This document shows positions 25,876 to 34,337 of a DNA stretch of 64,000 bases, piece by piece (positions within the stretch are counted from its first letter, which is position 1; the number at the start of each line of letters is the position of its first letter). The notes beneath the pieces are model-generated. The model made no database searches, was not told the origin of the DNA, and saw nothing but the letters and a program-made list of their open reading frames with translations. A program made the position numbers and the translations under genes. Source of the DNA: Longimicrobiales bacterium (GTDB lineage Bacteria; Gemmatimonadota; Gemmatimonadetes; Longimicrobiales; Gaopeijiaceae); NCBI GenBank assembly GCA_040081395.1, contig JBEBGN010000004.1, positions 446 through 64,445 on the forward strand, in the 5' to 3' direction.

Positions 25876-28467
25876 TCAGGGGGACGCGCCCGCTGGCACC
25901 CCTGTGCCGACGATCAGCTGCGCGAGGTCATAGCGGAGGACCGCCCGGTCGCTTCCGGTGCTCACGTCGGGCGCCAGCTCGGCCGGACGGCGGAAGACAT
26001 CCGGTCCCACGAGTTCCTCCGGTCTGAGCAGGTGCTCGACGACATGCATGGAGAACGGCGCATCCGGGGGGAGGGCGAGATCGAGCACGACCAGGGAGTC
26101 GGGCTCACCCCAGTGCTCCACCCATTCGAGGCCGTCGGGGTTCGCGAGCGCGCGCCCGTTCACCGCCAACAGGCGCGCCCCGGGCAGGTCGGGCATCTGG
26201 AACCGAAGCAGCTCGGCACCCAGCGCCGAGCGTACTCCAAGGCTCAGGCGCCTCACGGACAAGTCGGCGGTGTCGCGCAGCACGACCACGATCGGTGGCG
26301 TCGCTTCGTAGACCGGCGCCGTAGCGACGAGCATTTCGCCGGGGATCCCGAAGTCGGCGAGGTCGCGTGTCGCCGAGTAGCTCGCACCCGCCGGGGCGGC
26401 TGCCCACGCGAGCGCAGCGGAATCGACCGAGGGGTCGGCGGCGCGGTCGGTGGCCCAGAACGCCGCGGTGTCCCCTTGCTGGTACGCGTAGACGAGCGTG
26501 CTGGGCGCGGGTCGGTCCGCGGTCGGACGCGCAGTGAGCGTCCCGACGCCGAACGCGCCGCCTGCTACGGCCAACCCCGTGAGCGGCGCCCACCAGGCGT
26601 TGGGCTGACGGACGAACTCGAGAGCCGGCGTACACAAGTAGAGCACGGCGGCCGCGAGCACCGCCAAGATGGGAGCCTGGCCGAGGCTCAGGGTCGCCCA
26701 CAGCAGCTCCAGCACGGGGGCTAGGAGCATGAGTACGGGCACGGTGAACAGGAGCGTGCCGACCCATCCGATCAGGCCGTAGGCCCGCGACCGGGCCAGC
26801 GCGAACACCAGGCCGCCCAAGATCGCACCTGCCACCGGCCACTGCAGGTTCATCGCGCCGAGCGGCGCTACGAAGCCGAGCCAGGCCGCCAACCCAAGCG
26901 GCAAGAGGATCGCGCCGATGGTGAGCTCGTTCGGCCTGAGCCACCGGCGTGTCAATGCGTTCAGGCCGGTGACGATCGCGAAAGTCGCTGCGACGAGGCC
27001 GATCACGTACCAGCCCTCGTTGTGATAGAGCGCAGCGCTCAAGCTGCCGGCCTCGGGATGGGATCCGGCGGTGAGTCGCAGCAGACCCAAGCCCGCACCG
27101 TACGCGAGCGCGCCCCCGAGGACCGTCACACCGAGCGCGCTGACCATGCCCGCCGGGCGGGACCCCGTGCGAAGTCCGACCAGGACGAGTAGCAGGAAAC
27201 CCGCTACGAGTCCTCCGGTGATCGCGATCACCCAGCTAGGGTCGTAGGTGACGAGCCCGAACAGCGGAAGCGTGAAGTACACGAGGTTCGGCGCATCCAC
27301 CGTGCCGAGCTCGGCGTTGCCGAACCAGCGGAGCGCCGAGAGCGCGCGCAGGCCGTGATGCTGGAGGGTGGCCTCTGAGAGGCGCTCCGGCGTGTCTGTG
27401 GCCTGATGGTAGACGTGCGCACGCCCGATTGCGGCGAAGTTGAGCCCCTGTTTACCCGCTTCCTTGAACGGTGTGAAATCCGTGTCGTTGGGGAGTCGCT
27501 CGTAGACCTCGTAGGCGAGCGAGTTCGCGAACGGCTTCGGGTCGAAGTCGGCGAGCGCCCGCACGACCCATCCGCTCTGCTCATTCGTCTCGAACATGAT
27601 CGACGGACCGCCCGCCCCCCGCATCTCGAACGAGAGCACCAGGGAGACGTCGTCGAGCCAGGGGTGCTCGTCCACGAAGGCCCGCGCGCCCAGGAGCCCG
27701 AGCTCCTCCGCGTCCGTGAAGAGCACGATCACGTCGTTGCGCACCGGGCCACCTGCTTGCAGCGCCCGGACCGCTTCCAGAATGGCGACCAATCCCGAGC
27801 CGTCATCGCCGGCACCCGGCGACAGCTCACGGCTGTCGTAGTGTGCGGTCACGAGCACTGCACCCGTCGGATTCGTCCCTGGCAGGCGGGCCATCACGTT
27901 GCGGACCGTCGCCGTGCGCACGGCGCTGCCCCGCTGGATCGTGGCCGTCGCGGTTTGCACGACGGGTTCGAGGCCGAGCGACCCGAGCCGGCCCAGCAGG
28001 TAGTCGCGCACTCGCGCGTGCTCCGGAGAGCCCGTCGGGTGCGGCGCTCTGGCCACTTCCACCAACATGGCCATCGCACGCGCAGAGGAGAACGCGGTGT
28101 CGGGCGCATTCGCCGGTGCCGGGCGCGGCATGGCGACCCGGCTGCTGGCGAGTGCGACCATCGCCACCAGGATGGCCACCGTCAGCGGGCCTCGCCCGCG
28201 CTTCTTTGGCCCTTCGTCCCCGGGCGCTGCGGCCGCCTTGGCCTCGGCTTTCGCCGCCTTGCCCTTCTTCTTCGACTTTCCCGCCTTGGGGTCCCCCGCC
28301 TTTCCCCCCGCGGCCGCAGTCGAGGCCTTGTCACCCAGCAGGGCGAGCAACTCGGACTTGGAGAGTTCGCCTTCCCCGGTGTCTTCCTCCTCGTAATTCT
28401 CCCGGTCCGCCTTGGAGATGCCCAACTCCTCGTCGGAGGGAAGTTCGGGAAGCTTGTAGTCGCTCAT
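25876..28467 (-). CDS. Polytopic membrane M28-family aminopeptidase-like protein
   Basis: M28 motifs TAHYDS, GAGDDGSG, TDAEELGLLG, followed by ~8 hydrophobic segments and a C-terminal soluble domain. The N-terminus is acidic, then Lys/Ala-rich. Confidence 0.8.
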   Translation of the reverse strand: MSDYKLPELPSDEELGISKADRENYEEEDTGEGELSKSELLALLGDKASTAAAGGKAGDPKAGKSKKKGKAAKAEAKAAAAPGDEGPKKRGRGPLTVAILVAMVALASSRVAMPRPAPANAPDTAFSSARAMAMLVEVARAPHPTGSPEHARVRDYLLGRLGSLGLEPVVQTATATIQRGSAVRTATVRNVMARLPGTNPTGAVLVTAHYDSRELSPGAGDDGSGLVAILEAVRALQAGGPVRNDVIVLFTDAEELGLLGARAFVDEHPWLDDVSLVLSFEMRGAGGPSIMFETNEQSGWVVRALADFDPKPFANSLAYEVYERLPNDTDFTPFKEAGKQGLNFAAIGRAHVYHQATDTPERLSEATLQHHGLRALSALRWFGNAELGTVDAPNLVYFTLPLFGLVTYDPSWVIAITGGLVAGFLLLVLVGLRTGSRPAGMVSALGVTVLGGALAYGAGLGLLRLTAGSHPEAGSLSAALYHNEGWYVIGLVAATFAIVTGLNALTRRWLRPNELTIGAILLPLGLAAWLGFVAPLGAMNLQWPVAGAILGGLVFALARSRAYGLIGWVGTLLFTVPVLMLLAPVLELLWATLSLGQAPILAVLAAAVLYLCTPALEFVRQPNAWWAPLTGLAVAGGAFGVGTLTARPTADRPAPSTLVYAYQQGDTAAFWATDRAADPSVDSAALAWAAAPAGASYSATRDLADFGIPGEMLVATAPVYEATPPIVVVLRDTADLSVRRLSLGVRSALGAELLRFQMPDLPGARLLAVNGRALANPDGLEWVEHWGEPDSLVVLDLALPPDAPFSMHVVEHLLRPEELVGPDVFRRPAELAPDVSTGSDRAVLRYDLAQLIVGTGVPAGASP

Positions 28468-28478
28468 GTGCGCGTGCT

Positions 28479-30797
28479 CTATCTCGCGAGGATCCCGACG
28501 ATCTCGTCGATCGCCTCCTCGACGAGATCGTCGTCGAGGCCCGCCCCGTTGGCGAGGATCGAGAAGATCACCTCCCGACCGTCCTCCTGTACGAGATATC
28601 CCGACAGAGAGTTGACGTTGGAGATCGTTCCGGTCTTTGCGAAGACCCTCCCTTCGAGTCCGCCGAGGCGCTCCTCGAGCGTCGAGTCGGCCTCTCCCGG
28701 CTCGGCCATCGCGGCCCGGTATGCGTCACCGTCCGGTCGCGCGCGCATGTGACCCAGGACGCGCACCAGGGCCCTGGGCGTGACGAGGTTGTAGGCCGAG
28801 AGCCCCGATCCGTCTCGGCTGGAGACGTCCAGCGTGTCCACCCCGACTTCGTCTCTCAAGAAGTCGTCCACGACCCGCAATCCCTCGGCCCAGCTTCCGC
28901 GCTCCCCATGCGCTGCGCCGAGGCCGAGCAGGAGCTGCTCCGCCATCCAGTTCTGGCTTGGTTCGAGAGCGCCGCGTACGAGTTCGGCGACCGGCGGCGA
29001 CTCGATCGCCGTCAGGAAGTGCGCGCGCGGGCAGCTGCGCACGGCGCCGGCGAGGCAGTTCGGTCCGATCGCCTCGCCCGTGGTCCAACGGACCGCCCAC
29101 CCGTGTTGCGCGATGATGCCGACGCGCTCCAGCGCCTGCGCCAGGGCACCGGAGGCGATGCGCACGGGGTCGCGCTGGGCGAGTGCCAGAGTGTCGACGG
29201 TACCGATCTCGATAGCCCCTTCGAGCTCGATGCGCCGTGATTCGGGCAGGTAGCGAGCGACCATCCGGCGGGAGCCCTCGCTCGACGACGTCCTTACACG
29301 CGGGATCAGGAACGTGTCGTCGACGCGGGGGGACCACGCCACCTCGGCGGGAGCGCCGACCCAGGGGCCGGCCCGCACGATCACTTCGAGCTCTCCTTCG
29401 TCGAGCGCGAAGGCGCCTCCCGAGGCGCCGTAGCCGAGCGGGAGATCGTCGACCTCTCGTGTCGGCGCCACGCTCGTCGAGTCCCAGGCAGAGACGTCGA
29501 TCAGGAGCGACCCGGTCACCTCCCTGATTCCCGCGGCAACCACGCTGTCTGCCAACGCACTGACCGCTGCGCTCCCGGACTCCCAGTATCGCCTGGACAG
29601 GGAAGGGTCCCCCGAGCCGATGACCACGAGGTCACCCTCGAGCCGCCCCCCGGTCAGCTTCCCCGACGCCCACACCTCCGTGCGGAACCGATACTCTGGC
29701 CCGAGAAGTGACCACGCTGCAGCCGTGATCAGGATCTTCTGATTGGACGCGGGCACGAACCACTGTCGAGAGTTGCGCTCGTACAGGGTTCGTCCTGAGC
29801 GCTCGTCGACGGCAAGAATGCCAAAATGCGCCCGGTCGAGGGGCTCTGCCCCGACCACCGCGTCGACGGCTTCACGTGTCCCCCCCGAACCGCCCATCCC
29901 ACCGAGAGACGCACAGCCAGCCAGCACGAGGAGCAGGGCGACCGATGCAATGCGGCCTAGGTGCCCCTGTGCGGAGCCACGCGTGCGGTCGTCGGGGAAG
30001 AGGGCGTCACGAACGCGCTCCATGCCGCCGTGCGCGGACACCTCACGCGGCGTGAGCCCGGTCTGCCTCTTCATGGCCCGGGCGAGCGAAGTGGCGGTCG
30101 CGTAGCCGAGGGAGAACGCGACGTCCTCGACCGTCCGCCCGTCACTGGACAGGCGCGCGCCGGCGAGCAGCAAGCGCCCCCACAACAGCACCCGCGTGGG
30201 TGCGGGCAATCCCGCCTCTTCGAGCGCCTGGCGCAGGCTCCTCGGTGTGTGCCCCAACGCAGCGGCCAGCTTCTCCACGTTGGTGTCGTCACCAGCGTGC
30301 TCGACCGCCCAGCCGATGGCGACCGGACCGGGCGAAGCGAAGCGACCTTCCAGGCCGCGCGCGATGCCGTCGGCGCGTGCGGTGGCGAGGGCCTTGTCCA
30401 CGATGGCCCGCATGGCCGGGGGCTCTGCGCTCGCTGCCAAGATGCCGTCGACACCGAGCCCACCGAGGTCGTAGTACGCCAGCGCGTAGCTCTCTTCCAC
30501 GCAGGCGATGATGGCGAGGCTGGGGTACTGGCTGCGGAACCGCTCGATCTCTCGACTGGCGAGGTGGCGGTTGGGTTGATCTGCATCGACCAGGCATCCG
30601 TCGAAGCTCCTGCGACCCAGCAAGCGTCGCATCGACTCCCATGACGAGCACACGACGACCTCGTGGTCGCCGGAGAGCGCCTCGTAGAGGCGGGCGACCG
30701 CACGTGCGTCGGCTTGCAGGATGACCAGGGCCGCCAAAGTACCCCCGGGACGGGACGCGGTACGGCGAAGATGCTCCGCCGCGTGGACCGTCAGCAA
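28479..30797 (-). CDS. Fusion ORF: degenerate receiver + AraC-type HTH (aa 1-258), lipobox/TM segment, PBP4-type D-Ala-D-Ala carboxypeptidase/endopeptidase (S13, DacB). The internal ATG at 30023 would alternatively give a 514-aa lipoprotein PBP4.
   Basis: AraC HTH (VEDVAFSLGYATATSLARAMKRQTGLTPREV); hydrophobic LLLVLAGC; PBP4 SxxK in FVPASNQKIL. No in-frame stop between the parts. Confidence 0.7.
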   Translation of the reverse strand: MLTVHAAEHLRRTASRPGGTLAALVILQADARAVARLYEALSGDHEVVVCSSWESMRRLLGRRSFDGCLVDADQPNRHLASREIERFRSQYPSLAIIACVEESYALAYYDLGGLGVDGILAASAEPPAMRAIVDKALATARADGIARGLEGRFASPGPVAIGWAVEHAGDDTNVEKLAAALGHTPRSLRQALEEAGLPAPTRVLLWGRLLLAGARLSSDGRTVEDVAFSLGYATATSLARAMKRQTGLTPREVSAHGGMERVRDALFPDDRTRGSAQGHLGRIASVALLLVLAGCASLGGMGGSGGTREAVDAVVGAEPLDRAHFGILAVDERSGRTLYERNSRQWFVPASNQKILITAAAWSLLGPEYRFRTEVWASGKLTGGRLEGDLVVIGSGDPSLSRRYWESGSAAVSALADSVVAAGIREVTGSLLIDVSAWDSTSVAPTREVDDLPLGYGASGGAFALDEGELEVIVRAGPWVGAPAEVAWSPRVDDTFLIPRVRTSSSEGSRRMVARYLPESRRIELEGAIEIGTVDTLALAQRDPVRIASGALAQALERVGIIAQHGWAVRWTTGEAIGPNCLAGAVRSCPRAHFLTAIESPPVAELVRGALEPSQNWMAEQLLLGLGAAHGERGSWAEGLRVVDDFLRDEVGVDTLDVSSRDGSGLSAYNLVTPRALVRVLGHMRARPDGDAYRAAMAEPGEADSTLEERLGGLEGRVFAKTGTISNVNSLSGYLVQEDGREVIFSILANGAGLDDDLVEEAIDEIVGILAR

Positions 30798-30839
30798 GCA
30801 AGTCGAGCGCGACGGCGAGCCGATCGCGTTCGATCACCC

Positions 30840-31163
30840 CTACTCGATGGGTCCCAGCCGCACCGCGGTGCCATAGCAGAGCATCTCCGCGGCACCCGCC
30901 ATCACTTCGGATGTCTGGAAGCGTACGCTGACCACCGCGTCCGCCCCGAGTGCCTGGGCTTCCTCCACCATCCGGTCGATCGCCTGCTCGCGCGTTTCCG
31001 CGAGGACCTTCGTGTACTCGCGGATCTCGCCGCCGGCGAGGTTGCGAAGGACGGCGATGAAGTAGAGGCCGAGGTGCCGGCTCCGGATCGTGCTGCCCCG
31101 CACGAGGCCGAGGGTCTCCTTCACGCGCTGTCCGGCGACGTCCGCGGTGGTGACGACGATCAT
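30840..31163 (-). CDS. YbjQ/DUF74-family (heavy-metal-binding-like) protein
   Basis: 107 aa. MIVVTTADVAGQRVKETLGLVRG...ALGADAVVSVRF... is typical of YbjQ. The ATG at 31163 overlaps the anti-sigma TGA (ATGA). Confidence 0.85.
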   Translation of the reverse strand: MIVVTTADVAGQRVKETLGLVRGSTIRSRHLGLYFIAVLRNLAGGEIREYTKVLAETREQAIDRMVEEAQALGADAVVSVRFQTSEVMAGAAEMLCYGTAVRLGPIE

Positions 31164-31585
31164 CGATGCACGTCCCTGTAGGGATCCCGCAGCCATTCCC
31201 GGTACCGCTCCCAGATCACCGACGCGAACAGGATCAGGATCCCGATCGCGATCGCTCCGGTCGCCATCTTCTCCCACGGGTCGGACGGAGAGGTCGTGAA
31301 GAGATACACGCCGTATGAGAGCCAGACGGCGAGCCCCGCGACCAGCAGTATCCACCCGATAGGCCGCGTCACGCGTGCGTTCACGCGATCCCAGACCGAC
31401 GTGTAGCGCGCCGCCGGGTGGAACGACAGCTCCTGGAAGTCCGACTTGAGCGCGCGAAAAATGGCGACCTCGCGTTGGAGTTCCGTCGATGTGGCCAGCT
31501 CGGTATCCACCCGCGCCCGTTCCTCGGGCGCCAGCTCGCCGTCCAGGTAGCGCATGAGATCGTCGGTCGTGATGCGCGTGTTCAT
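31160..31585 (-). CDS. Putative anti-sigma factor (single TM; N-terminal anti-sigma domain without the zinc ligands)
   Basis: DDLMRYLDGELAPEERARV matches the ASD helix-1 pattern. Two hydrophobic segments. The ATG overlaps the sigma TGA (ATGA at 31582-31585). Confidence 0.6.
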   Translation of the reverse strand: MNTRITTDDLMRYLDGELAPEERARVDTELATSTELQREVAIFRALKSDFQELSFHPAARYTSVWDRVNARVTRPIGWILLVAGLAVWLSYGVYLFTTSPSDPWEKMATGAIAIGILILFASVIWERYREWLRDPYRDVHR

Positions 31586-32148
31586 GGATGCTCCACGTTC
31601 ATTCCGACCAGCGCCTCGCGCAGGGCGTTGCGCGCGTGGTAGAGCCTGCTCGCGACCGTGCCCTCGGGGATCTCGAGGATCTGGGCGATCTCGCCGTACC
31701 GGAACCCTTCGAGCTCCTTCAGCACGAGGATCTCCCGGTGCTCAGGACCGATGCGCTCGAGCCCCTTCCACAGCGTGGTGCGTGCGTCGCTGCGCTGATG
31801 CGCGCGCTCGGGGCCGCGCTCATGGTCTGCCGGGCGCTCCTCGATGAACTCATCGACCTCCTCCATGCGGAACTTGGCCTTCCGGCTGCGCAACATGTCG
31901 CGGCACTGGTTCCTGAGGATCTGGAAGAACCAGGGGCCGAACGGCCGGCGGAGGTCGAAACGTTGGAGGGTGTCATACGTCTTGATGAACGCGTCTTGGA
32001 GCGCGTCCTGAGCGTCCTCGGTGTTGCCCATCATGGCCACGGCCAACCGGAGGCCAGACGGTTCGTAGGCCCTGACCAAAGGCTCGTAGAACCGCGCGTC
32101 TCCGGCTTTGCACTTACGAATGAGCTCGCGTTCCAGCTCCGGCTGCAA
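31582..32148 (-). CDS. ECF-type RNA polymerase sigma-70 factor
   Basis: Region 2 (DAQDALQDAFIKTY...FGPWFFQILRNQC) and region 4 (ILVLKELEGFRYGEIAQILEIPEGTVASRLYHARNAL). Start re-assigned to the in-frame TTG at 32148, preceded by aaaggaaacccg (SD-like). The ORF-track extension to 32439 would overlap the ligA start. Confidence 0.8.
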   Translation of the reverse strand: MQPELERELIRKCKAGDARFYEPLVRAYEPSGLRLAVAMMGNTEDAQDALQDAFIKTYDTLQRFDLRRPFGPWFFQILRNQCRDMLRSRKAKFRMEEVDEFIEERPADHERGPERAHQRSDARTTLWKGLERIGPEHREILVLKELEGFRYGEIAQILEIPEGTVASRLYHARNALREALVGMNVEHP

Positions 32149-32306
32149 CGGGTTTCCTTTCTTGGCGTCGCGGATGGCGGGCCACCCGTGAAGCTCGTGA
32201 CGGCCTCTACGCGAGGCCCGTCGGATTCCTTCACCGGGGGGCAGGACCGCCCCATCTTCCGTGTTCGCCCGCCTCGTCCGCAACTTCGGCCCGAACCACG
32301 AGTCCC

Positions 32307-34337
32307 GTGACGCGCTCTCGCGACGACCGCTCCCGCGCCGCTCAGGAGGCGGAGCGGCTTCGGGCCGAGCTCCACCGCCACAACTTCCTCTACCACGTCG
32401 AAGCGCGCCCCGAGATCTCGGACGCCGACTTCGACGCACTCTTCCGGCGTCTCCAGGCGATCGAGGCCGAGTACCCGGACCTCGTCACTCCCGACTCTCC
32501 GACACAGCGCGTGGGGGCCGAGCCGCAGGCCGAGCTCCAGACGGTCGAGCACGAAGCACCGATGCTGTCCCTGGACTCCACGCAGGACGAGGACGACGTG
32601 CGCCGCTTCGACGAGCGCGTGCGGAAGGCGCTCGGGGGCGTGAAGCCGAAGTACATGCTCCAGCCCAAGCTCGACGGCGCCTCCATGGAGCTGGTCTATG
32701 AGCGTGGTGTGCTGGTGCGTGCCGTTACGCGAGGCAACGGACGCGCGGGTGAGGCCGTCACCGAGAACGTGCGCACCATCCCGTCCGTGCCCCTCCGCCT
32801 GCGCACCGAGAAGCGGGACGCCCCTGAGCTGTTGGCGCTCCGCGGAGAGGTGATGATGTACATCTCCGACTTCCAGAGCTTCAACGCCGCGCTCGTCGAG
32901 CGTGGGGCCGAACCGTACGCCTCTCCGCGCAACTCGGCGGCGGGCGCCGTGCGTCAGCTCGACTCGGCCATCACGGCAGGCCGGAAGCTCGACCTCATCG
33001 CCTATGACGTGATCGCGGCCACGGGCGTTCGCTTCACCAGCGACTCGGAGGCCGTGCAAGCGATCCGGGACTGGGGCTTCAAGGTCCCCGAGCGCACGCG
33101 GCCTGCGCACACCTTGGAAGAGATCCTCGAGTACCAGCGTGCGTTCGGGCGAGACCGGGACGATCTCGACTACGAGATCGACGGCGTGGTCATCAAGCTG
33201 GACGACGTGAGCGCGCGCGCCGCGATGGGGTCCACGTCGCACCATCCGCGCTGGGCCATCGCGTACAAGTTCGAGCCGCGTCAGGAAGTAACCCGCATCG
33301 ACAAGATCGACGTACAGGTTGGGCGCACAGGGGTGCTCACGCCCGTGGCGCTGCTGCGTCCCGTCGTGGTGGGGGGCGTCACGGTGTCGCGCGCGTCGCT
33401 GCACAACCGCGAGGAGCTGAAGCGAAAGGATCTCCGCGAAGGAGACATCGTGCGCATCCAGCGCGCGGGGGACGTCATTCCTCAAGTGGTCGAGGTGGTC
33501 GAGAAGGGCGCGCACCGCGGGCCCGAGTTCGAGATGCCCGGCAAGTGCCCGGCGTGCGGCACGCGCGTCGTCGAAGACGGACCGCGCACCGTGTGTCCCA
33601 ACCGCTTCGCGTGTCCTGCTCAGCTCAAGGGCCGCATCGTCCACTTGGCCGCGCGCGACGCGCTCGACATCGAGGGACTGGGGGATGAGACCGCCAACCT
33701 GCTGGTCGAGCGGGGATTGGTCGACGAGATCGCCGACCTCTTCGACCTCACACCCGAGCAGCTCATGGACCTCGAGGGCTTTGCCGAGAAGTCGTCGAAC
33801 GCCCTCGTCGCTGCGATCCACGCACGCAGGAAGCCCGAACTCGCGCGCTTCCTCATCGCGCTCGGCATTCCCGAGGTGGGGGTCTCGGTCGCGCGCGACC
33901 TCTCCGCACACTTCGGCGACTTCGAGCGCATACGTAGCGCGAGCCGCGAGGAGTTGGAGGCGGTCCATGGCATCGGTCCGCGCATGAGCGAAGCGATCAC
34001 CGTCTTCTTCGAGGACCCGCGTAGCCGCACGGCGATCGACGCGCTGCTCGCGCGCGGCGTGCAGCCGCTGGTGACGGAGCCGACGCCGACCGACCTGCCC
34101 GACCTCGGAACCGCGGTCTTCACGGGCACCTTGCCGGTGGCGCGGGTAGTGGCCGAGACCGCCTGGCGGCGCATCGGTGGCAAGACCGCGGGCGCCGTCT
34201 CGAAGAAAACCGCCTTCGTGGTGGCGGGCGAGGAGGCGGGGTCGAAGCTGGAGAAGGCCGAGAAGCTCGGTGTGGAGGTGCTCGACTTCGACCGCTTCGT
34301 GGCCCGTCTGCACGACCTCGGCGGCTCGCTCGACTAG
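32307..34337 (+). CDS. ligA: NAD-dependent DNA ligase
   Basis: KLDG adenylation motif (PKLDGAS), Zn finger CPACG...C, HhH repeats, C-terminal BRCT (FVVAGEEAGSKLEKAEKLGV). Confidence 0.95.
   Translation: MTRSRDDRSRAAQEAERLRAELHRHNFLYHVEARPEISDADFDALFRRLQAIEAEYPDLVTPDSPTQRVGAEPQAELQTVEHEAPMLSLDSTQDEDDVRRFDERVRKALGGVKPKYMLQPKLDGASMELVYERGVLVRAVTRGNGRAGEAVTENVRTIPSVPLRLRTEKRDAPELLALRGEVMMYISDFQSFNAALVERGAEPYASPRNSAAGAVRQLDSAITAGRKLDLIAYDVIAATGVRFTSDSEAVQAIRDWGFKVPERTRPAHTLEEILEYQRAFGRDRDDLDYEIDGVVIKLDDVSARAAMGSTSHHPRWAIAYKFEPRQEVTRIDKIDVQVGRTGVLTPVALLRPVVVGGVTVSRASLHNREELKRKDLREGDIVRIQRAGDVIPQVVEVVEKGAHRGPEFEMPGKCPACGTRVVEDGPRTVCPNRFACPAQLKGRIVHLAARDALDIEGLGDETANLLVERGLVDEIADLFDLTPEQLMDLEGFAEKSSNALVAAIHARRKPELARFLIALGIPEVGVSVARDLSAHFGDFERIRSASREELEAVHGIGPRMSEAITVFFEDPRSRTAIDALLARGVQPLVTEPTPTDLPDLGTAVFTGTLPVARVVAETAWRRIGGKTAGAVSKKTAFVVAGEEAGSKLEKAEKLGVEVLDFDRFVARLHDLGGSLD

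Noticed and set aside
31582-32439. 285-aa version of the ECF sigma factor, and similar N-terminal extensions of thiolase, kef, lutA/B/C, NIPSNAP, ybjQ, the TonB-like gene, the plug-only protein and susD in the ORF track.
   Set aside because: The extensions are Arg/Pro/Gly-rich and motif-free, and several would overlap neighbouring genes or divergent starts. Internal starts with 4-nt overlaps or SD-like sequences give family-typical lengths.
32031-34313. Very long ORFs antisense to or out of frame with well-supported genes. Examples: 32031-34313(-) opposite ligA, 55013-57304(-) opposite pyc, 12526-14361(+) opposite sufB, 44467-46062(-) opposite susC, 5100-6578(-) opposite the DAO gene, 1705-3015(+) opposite the thiolase, 38544-39656(-), and 41441-43075(+) running across both tRNAs.
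   Set aside because: Their translations are Arg/Gly/Pro/Ala/His-rich with no recognisable motifs. They are the expected stop-poor shadow frames of a high-GC genome. In every case the partner frame carries unambiguous family signatures.
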